Shown here piece by piece: positions 9,234 through 18,133 of a stretch of 39,579 nt of DNA. A model generated the notes under the pieces. It did no database searches and was not told the DNA's origin. It saw nothing but the letters and a program-made list of their open reading frames with translations. Position 1 is the first letter of the stretch; every line of letters starts with the position of its first letter. Source of the stretch: a virus (lineage: Duplodnaviria; Caudoviricetes); the IMG/VR virus record IMGVR_UViG_3300033076_000575, positions 1-39,579 of that record; one strand, 5' to 3'. A program made the translations under genes and the position numbers.

Positions 9234-10285
9234 CTATGACACCACCAAAGTTTATCACGCCCGCGCCATTTTCTGAGCGCATGAGCAAAGAAGAGGAGTT
9301 TTTCTCCAAACCCTTTGTGATGTCCTATTCAGGATTGAACCGCCTGTTGTTCAGTCCTACCTTGTTTTACAATCATTACATCCTTGGACAACGTGAGGAT
9401 GTACAAGACCGCAACATGACAGAAGGCAAACTTCTGCACTGCCTGTTGCTAAAGCCTGAAGACTTTGACAAAGAATTTATTCTGAGTGCAAAAGATGTTC
9501 CCAGTGATAATCCACGCACTCTGTTACACCGCTTGCTTGACCACTACAAAGCTATAAAAGCTGAAGATGGTACAGCCCGCGAGGATTTGCAAGAGTATGG
9601 CAGTGCCATTCTTGACATTCTTGCAGACATGAACCTATACCAGTCACTAAAGACTGACGCACAGCGACTTGAAAAGATCATCAATGAGAAACATGTTTCT
9701 TACTGGGAGTACATCAAGAATGCTGAAGGCCGTACTGTGATTGACCACGAAACCTATGACTTTGCTAACCAGGTGGTAGACCGTATCAAGTCCAACCCTG
9801 TGGTGATGGATGTTATGGGTTTCTTTGGAACCATGGTCAATGGTGTATCTCACCAAAATGAAATAGAGTTAGTGACCTTCCCAGAAGACCTTCCATTTGG
9901 TCTACGCGGGTTCCTTGACAACCTGGTATTTGACCAGGACAAAAAGGAGATCCGGGTCAATGACCTGAAGAAGACGTCCAAGGACATCAACTCCTTTCCT
10001 GACAGTATTGAGTTTTACCGCTACTGGTTACAGGGCGCTATCTACCACAAACTGGTCAGTGCTGTCTATTTATCCCAACCACAATTCAAAGACTACAAGA
10101 TTGTGTTTCGCTTTGTTGTAGTAGATCCTTATCAGCAGATTGCACCTATCCGCATCTCTGATGAGACCATGGAGAAGTGGCTGGAGATGACAGATAAAAA
10201 GCTGGAGGAAGCAAAGTATCACTTTGACAACCGCCAGTTTGACCTGCCCTATGAGTTTCTAATTAACAACGAGGTAGTATTATGA
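9227..10285 (+). CDS. PD-(D/E)XK exonuclease (RecE/DUF3799-like)
   Basis: SYSGL, GKLLHCLLL, NEIEL, GFLDNL, VNDLKKT and YWLQGAIY motifs. The start could be 9227 or 9236. Confidence 0.8.
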   Translation: MLTMTPPKFITPAPFSERMSKEEEFFSKPFVMSYSGLNRLLFSPTLFYNHYILGQREDVQDRNMTEGKLLHCLLLKPEDFDKEFILSAKDVPSDNPRTLLHRLLDHYKAIKAEDGTAREDLQEYGSAILDILADMNLYQSLKTDAQRLEKIINEKHVSYWEYIKNAEGRTVIDHETYDFANQVVDRIKSNPVVMDVMGFFGTMVNGVSHQNEIELVTFPEDLPFGLRGFLDNLVFDQDKKEIRVNDLKKTSKDINSFPDSIEFYRYWLQGAIYHKLVSAVYLSQPQFKDYKIVFRFVVVDPYQQIAPIRISDETMEKWLEMTDKKLEEAKYHFDNRQFDLPYEFLINNEVVL

Positions 10286-10842
10286 TCATCAAAGAGATTT
10301 ACAGGAAGTATTTCCAAAAGTCCTCTACGTTTCTTTATCCACTGCTCGGTTTCAAGAAAGGAAAACACCCAAAGCCAGTACAGACTTACGTGTGCTGGCC
10401 AGGGTTTCCTGAACATGCTTCTGAGAACAAGTTGTTCTGTGTTTACAAACGCAAGGACACTGTTGAATGGGCACAGTTTGAACGTGACTATTTGATCACC
10501 CATAAGATGCTCCATACCACTGTAGCATTGGATGATGACCAGATCATGTATGTTTTTGACATGACCCCAGTGGCTGAAGACTTCAAAGCCTTTATGAATG
10601 GGAAATACTCACAGTTTTCCCAAGGCAGCAGAAAGATCCTGATGGATTACTATGGTGTACACACACCAGAATGGGTCTACATAGAATCATATCTGTTCCC
10701 TGACAAATATTTCAAGCAATACGCACAGATCCTTGACGTGGAGGAGTCTTTCCTCAAGCACGTTGGCGAGCTCTGTGACCGCTATGATACTGCAAGAGAG
10801 ACTTGCACCCTTCCTGTACCACAGGATTTTACAGTTGTTTAA
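10282..10842 (+). CDS. hypothetical protein
   Basis: ATGA overlap with the upstream gene; 186 aa. Confidence 0.75.
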   Translation: MIIKEIYRKYFQKSSTFLYPLLGFKKGKHPKPVQTYVCWPGFPEHASENKLFCVYKRKDTVEWAQFERDYLITHKMLHTTVALDDDQIMYVFDMTPVAEDFKAFMNGKYSQFSQGSRKILMDYYGVHTPEWVYIESYLFPDKYFKQYAQILDVEESFLKHVGELCDRYDTARETCTLPVPQDFTVV

Positions 10843-10860
10843 CCCTATAAAAACCACAAC

Positions 10861-11268
10861 ATGAGTGAAAAAACAATGATGATGTATTCATCAGACTGGC
10901 AAGGCCAGAGAAGTTTCCGCATGCTCCCTGTGTCTGAGAGCTGCCCGTTTAACGAGGTGATCTTTGATCCAACACAGCGTGTGCTTGCTATTATCAGCAA
11001 GGATCAAAAGGAGAAACCACAGATGCTGCCAAAGCTTAACGGTAATGGTCAGATGATTGCCATCAAAGGTATCAAGAATGATCCTAGCGATCCTTACCAG
11101 GCTACTTACGTAGAAGAGCGTCAGATGATGAAAGCTTACTACGAGTATTACCTTGATCAGTTTGAGGACATTGACAAATTCATTGACATGTTTGCTGTCA
11201 ACCCTGATCATTCTGCCAGACCAATAGCACTTCAAGCATTTAGAACTGACTCTGAAAAACCTGAATAA
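10861..11268 (+). CDS. hypothetical protein
   Basis: A-rich start context; TAATG coupling to the polymerase gene. Confidence 0.75.
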   Translation: MSEKTMMMYSSDWQGQRSFRMLPVSESCPFNEVIFDPTQRVLAIISKDQKEKPQMLPKLNGNGQMIAIKGIKNDPSDPYQATYVEERQMMKAYYEYYLDQFEDIDKFIDMFAVNPDHSARPIALQAFRTDSEKPE

Positions 11269-13247
11269 TGGAGCAACGCAAATTCTGGATAATGGACCTG
11301 GAAACCATTTCCAATTGCTTTATTGCCTGTTTTGCAGATTATGCAACAGATGAGCAGCGCGTTTTTGTGGTCAACCGTGACCGCAATGACATGCCTGAGT
11401 TCATTGCATTTCTGTTAGAGCACCAGGCTAACAGGCATTGGCATTTGGGTTACAACAACCTGGCATTTGACGCTCAGATCATTGAGTCTATTTTGGCACA
11501 TCAGGACAACTTCTATGGTCTTTCTTCAGATGAAATCACTGCCGCCATCTATGCTTACGCTCAAAGCGTGATCAACAAGAGTGACCGCAGTGAGTTCCTG
11601 GACTATCCGGAATTTAAGCTGACCATCCCTGCACTTGATATATTCAAGCTGAACCACTGGGACAGTAACGCAAAACGCACCTCACTCAAGTGGGTCCAGT
11701 TCTCCATGGACTGGTTCAACGTAGAGGAGATGCCTCACCCTCACTATGAACCTGTGCTGGATGACGCGACACTGGAAATGGTGGTAAAGTATTGTATCAA
11801 TGACGTAGCTAGTACCAAGCAGATCTTCACTATGAGGAATGCTAAGGGTGAGCAGATCATGGCCTCACAGATCAACCTGCGGTCAGAGCTGTCTCAGACC
11901 TACGGACTAACGTTGTACAGTGCCAGTGAGCCCCGGATCTCCAAGGAGATGTTTCTTCACTTCCTTTCTGAGAAGTTAGGTTGGGATAAGAAAATGCTGA
12001 AGGACCTGCGCACTGTGCGACCTTACGTCACTATCAGGGATATCATCCTCCCTTATGTGAAGTTTGAAACACCTGAGTTTCAGGGAGTATTCAACTGGTT
12101 TAAGAACCAGGTAGTGGATACTGCCATCCTGGACAAAGGTGAAGAAGAGCAGAAGAAAAGCGGACCCAAGTACAGAATGATGCACAAAGGTGTTCCTACA
12201 GACTATGGTCTGGGTGGACTCCACGGCTGTATTCGTTCTGGCATTTATGAAGCTGGCAATGGTAAGAAGATCATGAGCGCGGACGTTACCTCGTTCTATC
12301 CTAACCTGGCTATCAGAAATGAATGGGCACCCGCACAGCTTCCTAAGCGTGAATTCTGTGAACTGTATGAATGGTTCTTTGAGGAGCGCAAGAAGTATCC
12401 TAAAAGTTCACCACTGAACTACCTGTTCAAGATCATCCTGAATTCTACTTATGGACTAAGTAAGTCCAGGTTCTCTTTCTTGTATGATCCTGAACTGACC
12501 TTTCGTATCACAGTCAATGGCCAGCTGCTGCTAAGCATGCTTTATGAGATGCTTTCTACCAGGATACCTGGAGCACAGCCACTGATGCAGAACACGGATG
12601 GTCTGGAGTTTTTGATTGATGAGGAGTATGAAGAACTGTTCTATCAGATCTGCAAGGAGTGGGAAGAAATGACCACGCTGCAACTGGAGACAGTGGAATA
12701 TTCCAAGATGATCATTGGTGATGTGAACAATTACATTGCCATTTATACTGATGGCAAAACCAAGTGCAAAGGCCGCTTTGAATTTGAGGAGCTGCCACTG
12801 CATAAGAACAAGTCAATGCTGATCGTACCTAAAGCATGGTACGCATATTTTGTCAAGGGCACAGACCCTGCAGAATTCCTGGCACAGAACAGAGACATCA
12901 AGGATTACCTGATTGGCGCTAAGCTAAAAGGTAACTGGTACTTTGAGGAACGTGGCGTAGAAGACGGCGCGTATGTATCCAAGAAGCTCCAGAAAATGGT
13001 GCGTTATTATGTTTCTGGCAAAGGAATTAAGATCATCAAATGTAACCCTGATGGCAGGGAGATCCAGCTGGAGAGTGGGCCACACCTTCAGACCATATTC
13101 AACCGCATGGAGGAAAAGCCATGGGAAGAATACAACGTAGATGAAAAATACTACCTGGACAAGATTTACAATGAGATCAAGAAAATAGAAAAGGACTCTG
13201 ACGTCTTACCGTTTCATCAACAAGATAATCAACTATCACTTTTTTAA
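11268..13247 (+). CDS. family B DNA polymerase with 3'-5' exonuclease domain
   Basis: Exonuclease motifs MDLET, GYNNLAFD and YCINDV. Polymerase motifs SADVTSFYP, KIILNSTYG and NTDG. Confidence 0.93.
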   Translation: MEQRKFWIMDLETISNCFIACFADYATDEQRVFVVNRDRNDMPEFIAFLLEHQANRHWHLGYNNLAFDAQIIESILAHQDNFYGLSSDEITAAIYAYAQSVINKSDRSEFLDYPEFKLTIPALDIFKLNHWDSNAKRTSLKWVQFSMDWFNVEEMPHPHYEPVLDDATLEMVVKYCINDVASTKQIFTMRNAKGEQIMASQINLRSELSQTYGLTLYSASEPRISKEMFLHFLSEKLGWDKKMLKDLRTVRPYVTIRDIILPYVKFETPEFQGVFNWFKNQVVDTAILDKGEEEQKKSGPKYRMMHKGVPTDYGLGGLHGCIRSGIYEAGNGKKIMSADVTSFYPNLAIRNEWAPAQLPKREFCELYEWFFEERKKYPKSSPLNYLFKIILNSTYGLSKSRFSFLYDPELTFRITVNGQLLLSMLYEMLSTRIPGAQPLMQNTDGLEFLIDEEYEELFYQICKEWEEMTTLQLETVEYSKMIIGDVNNYIAIYTDGKTKCKGRFEFEELPLHKNKSMLIVPKAWYAYFVKGTDPAEFLAQNRDIKDYLIGAKLKGNWYFEERGVEDGAYVSKKLQKMVRYYVSGKGIKIIKCNPDGREIQLESGPHLQTIFNRMEEKPWEEYNVDEKYYLDKIYNEIKKIEKDSDVLPFHQQDNQLSLF

Positions 13248-13249
13248 TT

Positions 13250-14044
13250 ATGAAAAGAACAGTCACCGGCATACCAGCGTATGCCAAAATGTTAAGTGCA
13301 GAGTTACCTGCAAAGACTGACACCTATACGCCAATTGCTCACACTGCTGTGATCAATCGCGTGCGCGCAGAAATCACCAGTGCTGGCTATGTCATCACAG
13401 GTGAAGAATTTCGTTGCTCTAATGACGGGCAAGTGGCACTTGGAACCTTCCGTATGAACTACAAAGCGGATCCAGATATTGAGCTTTCAGCCAACTTCAT
13501 GAACTCTTATAACAAGCAGCATGCTTTCAGGTTCAACCTGGGCGGGCTTGTCAAAGTATGCATGAATGGTATGATGCTTAACAACAACAAGTTTGGATCT
13601 TTCAAACGCGTGCACAAGGGTGCAGCGGATATCCTGGCTGAAGGCAAGATTTCAGAGTTCATCAAAGACTCTGAAGTGTACTGGTCCCACCTGGTTGACC
13701 ATAAAGACCAGCTTAAAAAGATCCTTCTGACAACTACAGCTCAGCATGATTTGCTAGGTGAGTTGTTCTTCCGCCATAAGATCCTGAACACTATGCAGTT
13801 AAACACCATCCGCTCTGAGATGGAAAAACCAAGTTTTGACTACAAGGTGGATAGTGACTCTGCATGGGCATTGTACAACCATATCACCCTTGCTCTAAAA
13901 GATTCCCATCCGTCTACATGGATTGAGGACCAGATGAAAGTGCATGATGTGTTTGACACCATGTTTGGACTTGGTGAGGAAGACATTCTTTACAGTGAAG
14001 AGGAAGAGCGAGTCGCAGAAGTAGAAGAGGTAATTCCATTTTAG
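13250..14044 (+). CDS. DUF932-family protein
   Basis: TYTPIAH, NSYNK..AFRF..G..VKVCMNG, RVHKG and SAWALYNHIT motifs. Confidence 0.7.
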   Translation: MKRTVTGIPAYAKMLSAELPAKTDTYTPIAHTAVINRVRAEITSAGYVITGEEFRCSNDGQVALGTFRMNYKADPDIELSANFMNSYNKQHAFRFNLGGLVKVCMNGMMLNNNKFGSFKRVHKGAADILAEGKISEFIKDSEVYWSHLVDHKDQLKKILLTTTAQHDLLGELFFRHKILNTMQLNTIRSEMEKPSFDYKVDSDSAWALYNHITLALKDSHPSTWIEDQMKVHDVFDTMFGLGEEDILYSEEEERVAEVEEVIPF

Positions 14045-14052
14045 TATGAACA

Positions 14053-14092
14053 GCAGTAAGGGGGAGATCCGTCTCCCCTGCTCTGCATTTTT
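14053..14092 (+). terminator. probable intrinsic terminator or hairpin
   Basis: ggggaga-tccg-tctcccc core, an outer gcag/ctgc pair and then ATTTTT. Confidence 0.55.
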
Positions 14093-14100
14093 AAAGAACT

Positions 14101-14895
14101 ATGAACACAAATCTTATAGGAATTAGTGGTAAGATTGGTAGCGGCAAAGACACAATGGCTGAGATAATCAAGCATCTTTGTTCAAGTCCAGGCTTATCTA
14201 ATGGCACCATAGCACACTTTGTTCAACAGCATAGTGTAATGGCAAACAAAGGTGAATACCAAGTAAAGAAGTTTGCTGGAAAACTTAAACAGATTGCTTC
14301 TATTCTTACAGGCATTCCTGTTGACAAGTTTGAAAACCAGGAGTTTAAAAAAGAAAACCTGGGAGAAGAATGGGAGTCTGTTTTTATCCTACAAACAGGA
14401 GAAGGTATTGATAACGCACTGGGTCCATTCAAGAATGTTGAGACAGCACAACACTTTTTAAAGTTAGCTGGACTGGAACATCATCCTAATGTTTCAAACG
14501 ATGTAATGGTACGTCACATGACCGTAAGGGAAATGCTCCAGAAACTGGGTACTGAGGCCATGCGCAACGGTCTTCATAATAACGTTTGGGTAAATGCACT
14601 TTTTGCTGACTATAGAGCTCCCAAGATGAGTGAAGACTTTCCAAGCAAATGGCTGATAACTGACGTGCGTTTTGAGAACGAGGCTGAGGCTATCAAAGAA
14701 CGCGGCGGAATCCTGGTGCGCATCAAGCGCAGCTCTTCAGAGTCATCCGGATCACATCCATCAGAGACTGCACTGGACCACTACAAGTTTGACTACACCA
14801 TTGACAACAATGGCAGCATGGTTGACCTGGTGGCAGCAGTGCGTTCTTTCCTTGAAGCGTATGATATCATCAGCTCAGATACTTATGCTGACTAA
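14101..14895 (+). CDS. deoxynucleoside monophosphate kinase (T4 gp1-like)
   Basis: GISGKIGSGKDT, FAGKLK, REMLQKLGTE..R, ITDVRFENE and HPSE motifs. Confidence 0.88.
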   Translation: MNTNLIGISGKIGSGKDTMAEIIKHLCSSPGLSNGTIAHFVQQHSVMANKGEYQVKKFAGKLKQIASILTGIPVDKFENQEFKKENLGEEWESVFILQTGEGIDNALGPFKNVETAQHFLKLAGLEHHPNVSNDVMVRHMTVREMLQKLGTEAMRNGLHNNVWVNALFADYRAPKMSEDFPSKWLITDVRFENEAEAIKERGGILVRIKRSSSESSGSHPSETALDHYKFDYTIDNNGSMVDLVAAVRSFLEAYDIISSDTYAD

Positions 14896-14899
14896 AACG

Positions 14900-14926
14900 A
14901 AAAGCCCCCTGGAGAGGGGGCCTTTC
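14900..14926. terminator. bidirectional terminator between convergent genes
   Basis: aaaa-gccccct-ggag-agggggc-cttt lies between the dNMP kinase (+) and the amidase (-). Confidence 0.75.
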
Positions 14927-14972
14927 TGAACAGAAGAAGAAACCAACTAAACTATGAAGTATAGCTGTGCGT

Positions 14973-15629
14973 TTATGATGTAAGAGATTTAAGCATCTCG
15001 ATCATGTCAGGGTGTGGGTATAGGTCCATCTTGTCAGAACGTACACTATTGTGTGTGAAAACACCAGGCTCTCCTTTGAGTGCGCGGGTAGTCACACCCC
15101 AGATGTCTTCATGGTAATCCAAAGGAATCTTATAGAATTCTCCCCAGTAAAGTAATAGCTCTTTGACACTTTGGATCTGTGCCTCTGTGTAAGAATGCCA
15201 GTATGTGTATCCTTTAAAAGGCTCATCCAGCTCAGTGACCTGATCAGCAGGTACAACTGTGTTGACGTAGTTATAGAACTTGTCACCTTTTTTAGTGAGC
15301 GGTCCCCAGTTGCAGACTTCAATACCTATTGAGATCTGGTCCAACTGTTTGTAAGGAACTTTGTTTTTGGTAAAAACTGCTTGCTTAAGACCAAGGTGGT
15401 AAGACCAGTGCTTAGAGCTGAAGCCACGGACGATCTGTCCATCTACGCAACCTTTTCCTTTACCAGAAATAGCCACACAGGTACCAACACGTTCCGCATT
15501 CGAAGCCCAGTAACTGTATACTTGCTCACCGCTAGGTCCGCCAGCAGTGTGATGAAGGTAGATCTGTACTTTAGGATGCTCTTCCTGGAAGTACTGACTC
15601 TCAGGGTAGTTTACATTTTTTGTTTCCAT
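14973..15629 (-). CDS. endolysin, N-acetylmuramoyl-L-alanine amidase (Amidase_2 type)
   Basis: IYLHHTAG, YHLG, SIGIEVCN, YTEAQIQS and THNSV...K.D motifs. ATG at 15629 (METKNV). Confidence 0.88.
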   Translation of the reverse strand: METKNVNYPESQYFQEEHPKVQIYLHHTAGGPSGEQVYSYWASNAERVGTCVAISGKGKGCVDGQIVRGFSSKHWSYHLGLKQAVFTKNKVPYKQLDQISIGIEVCNWGPLTKKGDKFYNYVNTVVPADQVTELDEPFKGYTYWHSYTEAQIQSVKELLLYWGEFYKIPLDYHEDIWGVTTRALKGEPGVFTHNSVRSDKMDLYPHPDMIEMLKSLTS

Positions 15630-15633
15630 AGGT

Positions 15634-16251
15634 TTATTTTTTTCTGAAGGATATCTTCCAGTATGTGGATACACCAAACACAGGCACCAGGTCTGTACTG
15701 ATGCCGGTGTAGATGCCGTAGATCTGATCACGCTTATTCTTATAGAGAAAGCCCGCGTTAAGCTGCGGGGTGAGTTTGGCATTCATAGCAATTCCGCCTC
15801 CTATGTATACCTGCCGTCTGGATGGTTCCTGTACTGTCTTAGTGATGACAGGAATCTGGTAGCTGTAATGATATTTTCTCTTAGATAAGGTGTTATACTG
15901 CAGTGTATCCGTTATATAGACAAACCCCAGGCTGTCCAGCTTGAGGGTGTCTTGGTAAATGTTTCTAGCGCTGTAGTTGCGGCTTAGCTCCAGGTACTGA
16001 AGTTTGAGCTGATGGTAGTCTTTGGAAGGAAGAAACACAGTATCTCCCGGCTGAGGAACAGTATCATGTTTTACACGTGTTACAGTCTTTGTCAGAACAT
16101 TGTCTACTAGAACATAGGCAGTGTCTACCCGCACCACGTTTTCTTTCTTGATCTTAACTGGCTTACAGCTGGGCGTGCAAGCACGTTGCAACAAGATGAT
16201 CACCACAAGTACTGCGATGATCCCTGTAAAAAAGACATTGGATTTTGACAT
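15634..16251 (-). CDS. membrane-anchored lysis-cassette protein (spanin candidate)
   Basis: N-terminal hydrophobic segment followed by Cys, a beta-rich body and C-terminal amphipathic beta-strands ending YWKISF. Lies between the holin and the endolysin. Confidence 0.55.
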   Translation of the reverse strand: MSKSNVFFTGIIAVLVVIILLQRACTPSCKPVKIKKENVVRVDTAYVLVDNVLTKTVTRVKHDTVPQPGDTVFLPSKDYHQLKLQYLELSRNYSARNIYQDTLKLDSLGFVYITDTLQYNTLSKRKYHYSYQIPVITKTVQEPSRRQVYIGGGIAMNAKLTPQLNAGFLYKNKRDQIYGIYTGISTDLVPVFGVSTYWKISFRKK

Positions 16252-16517
16252 TAGACTTCAGGTTCGTTGGTATCTTTCTTCTTGCTCTTTATGGAGAACT
16301 TGTCCAGTGAGTCAGCGCCCATCCCTACACAGGTAATGGTCACCACACCGGTCACCAACGCTTCTGCTGGGTCCAGTTCTACAAAGAGGCTTATGATCAT
16401 TCCCAGGATTAGAAAGAATGCTCCTATGACAGCTATAACAGGTTTTACAGAAACCGCGTCACGCTCATCTTTGAATAGCTCAGCTATCCACTTACGGAAC
16501 AGTTCAGTCTTTTTCAT
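16251..16517 (-). CDS. putative holin
   Basis: 88 aa, two hydrophobic segments and a charged C-terminus, within the lysis cassette. Confidence 0.65.
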   Translation of the reverse strand: MKKTELFRKWIAELFKDERDAVSVKPVIAVIGAFFLILGMIISLFVELDPAEALVTGVVTITCVGMGADSLDKFSIKSKKKDTNEPEV

Positions 16518-16522
16518 GGGAA

Positions 16523-16849
16523 TTACAGTTCGTCATCCTCACTAACAGGAACAGGGCCATGCACCTCATCAGGTTTTACGTATGGCTGTGTGTTCTTGGT
16601 AATGGAAATTGGTTTTGGCTCAGGTATATTGCCAGAAAAAACAGTGGTCTTTAAAAGGTCCACGTCTTTTTCAAGCTGGTCAATCTTTACCTGGTTGGCA
16701 CTTTGTGTAGTGAGTAATAGTTTTACGTCAGCACGCATCTCTGATATGTCGCGCCAAAGCAACATACCTACAATACTTAACAGAAGCGGGGCAGCCCACT
16801 CCCTCAAGACCGATACAATCTGGTCCTTTGATGTGTTTTTATTCGTCAT
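16523..16849 (-). CDS. single-TM coiled-coil protein (holin/antiholin or inner-spanin candidate)
   Basis: WAAPLLLSIVGMLLW followed by a heptad region (ISEMRADVKLL...IDQLEKDVDLLK). Confidence 0.6.
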   Translation of the reverse strand: MTNKNTSKDQIVSVLREWAAPLLLSIVGMLLWRDISEMRADVKLLLTTQSANQVKIDQLEKDVDLLKTTVFSGNIPEPKPISITKNTQPYVKPDEVHGPVPVSEDDEL

Positions 16850-16930
16850 TGAATGAGAGTATTACAATATGCATCACTCTCACCTCCCTCAATAATAATA
16901 TACCTAATATTGTTGAGGTGGACAAAAAAA

Positions 16931-17045
16931 GGTCTACAATGTTTGGGCAGTTCTACAATTTCTTTGCATCTTTGCAATCCACTTTTGAGGAGAGAAATTC
17001 CTGACTTTTTACTTGGCTGAGTTCTACAGAATTGGTAAATTATAA
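16931..17045 (+). promoter_or_regulatory. promoter region of the nrd block with three TCTACA boxes
   Basis: GGTCTACAAT at 16931, GTTCTACAAT at 16950 with CATCTTTG at 16967, and GTTCTACAGA at 17021 with TAAATTATAA at 17036. Confidence 0.6.
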
Positions 17046-17068
17046 AGCAGGCCCCGCCTCAACCCCTG

Positions 17069-17101
17069 ACCTGGAAAGCACACGCTTTGCCAGGTTTTTT
17101 T
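17069..17101 (+). terminator. terminator-like hairpin in the nrdB leader
   Basis: acctggaaagc-acac-gctttgccaggt (one bulge) followed by a T run. Confidence 0.55.
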
Positions 17102-17157
17102 GCCAATATGCTTTGGCAGCAACACTAGTACACTACTTAACTTTTAAATAATTCGCT

Positions 17158-18132
17158 ATGGGTATCTTTGACAAACGTGTCGCGTTCAAGCCTTTTGAGT
17201 ACCCTGATGTTATCAAATTCAGGGACGCGATCAAGCACAGTCGTTGGGATGTAGAGGAGTTTAACTTTGACTCTGATGCCTTTGACTTCAACCACAAATT
17301 AGAGCCTCAGGAAAGAGAGGCTATCAAACGCACATTATTGGCAATCTCACAGATAGAAGTATCTGTAAAAACATTCTGGGCTAAGCTGGGCGACCATCTC
17401 CCTAAGCCAGAATTCAATGCAGTAGGTATCACCTTTGCAGAAAATGAAGTGGTCCACTCTGAGGCTTACTCCAAGCTCTTGGAAGTGCTGGGTCTAAATA
17501 GCGAGTTTGACATGCTTTTGCAGAACCCGGTGATTGGTGGCCGCGTAGACTACCTGACCAAATACCTCAAGAACTCAGGGGACAATGCCAAGCAAGTATA
17601 TACCCTGAACCTGGCCTTGTTCTCCATGTTCATTGAGAACGTTTCCCTGTTCTCTCAATTTGCTATTGTCAAGTCTTTTATTGAGAAAAAGAACCTTCTT
17701 AAAGAAGTGGACACAGTGATTGAGGCAACAATGAAAGAGGAGATCATCCACGCGCAGCTAGGCATGCATGTAATCAACCTGATCAAAGCAGAATTCCCTG
17801 AATGGTTTGATGAGGAGTTTTATGCCAAGATCAACCGTGCTTGCAAAAAAGCTTTTGAAGCTGAGCTGAAGATCATTGACTGGATCTTTGAAGAAGGCGA
17901 GATTGAAAGCGTAAGCAAGGAAGCTGTTATTGAGTTTATCAAAAGCAGGTTCAACTCCAGCTTGGAAGCTATTGGTGGTGAGGCCATCTTTGGCATCAAC
18001 GAGGAGATCCTCCGTGATCTTTACTGGATGGTAGAGGCTATCTATGGCTATGTCCGCAATGACTTCTTCAACACTCAGGGAACTAACTACACTAAGTTTC
18101 AAAAATCAATAACAAGTAACGACTTATTCTAA
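17158..18132 (+). CDS. nrdB: ribonucleotide reductase class I beta subunit (class Id-like)
   Basis: KPFEYP, QIE67VSVK71, E97VVH100SEAY104, FIENVSLFSQF, EEIIH and DFF motifs. Confidence 0.93.
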   Translation: MGIFDKRVAFKPFEYPDVIKFRDAIKHSRWDVEEFNFDSDAFDFNHKLEPQEREAIKRTLLAISQIEVSVKTFWAKLGDHLPKPEFNAVGITFAENEVVHSEAYSKLLEVLGLNSEFDMLLQNPVIGGRVDYLTKYLKNSGDNAKQVYTLNLALFSMFIENVSLFSQFAIVKSFIEKKNLLKEVDTVIEATMKEEIIHAQLGMHVINLIKAEFPEWFDEEFYAKINRACKKAFEAELKIIDWIFEEGEIESVSKEAVIEFIKSRFNSSLEAIGGEAIFGINEEILRDLYWMVEAIYGYVRNDFFNTQGTNYTKFQKSITSNDLF

Positions 18133-18133
18133 C

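Noticed and set aside
15630-15782. N-terminal extension of the amidase, or a nested o-spanin
   Set aside because: It overlaps the upstream gene and has no signal peptide or lipobox. The ATG at 15629 is the better start.
16850-17157. tRNA or known riboswitch in the largest intergenic region
   Set aside because: No cloverleaf, T-loop consensus or recognisable riboswitch core is visible by eye. An Infernal scan would be needed to exclude one fully.
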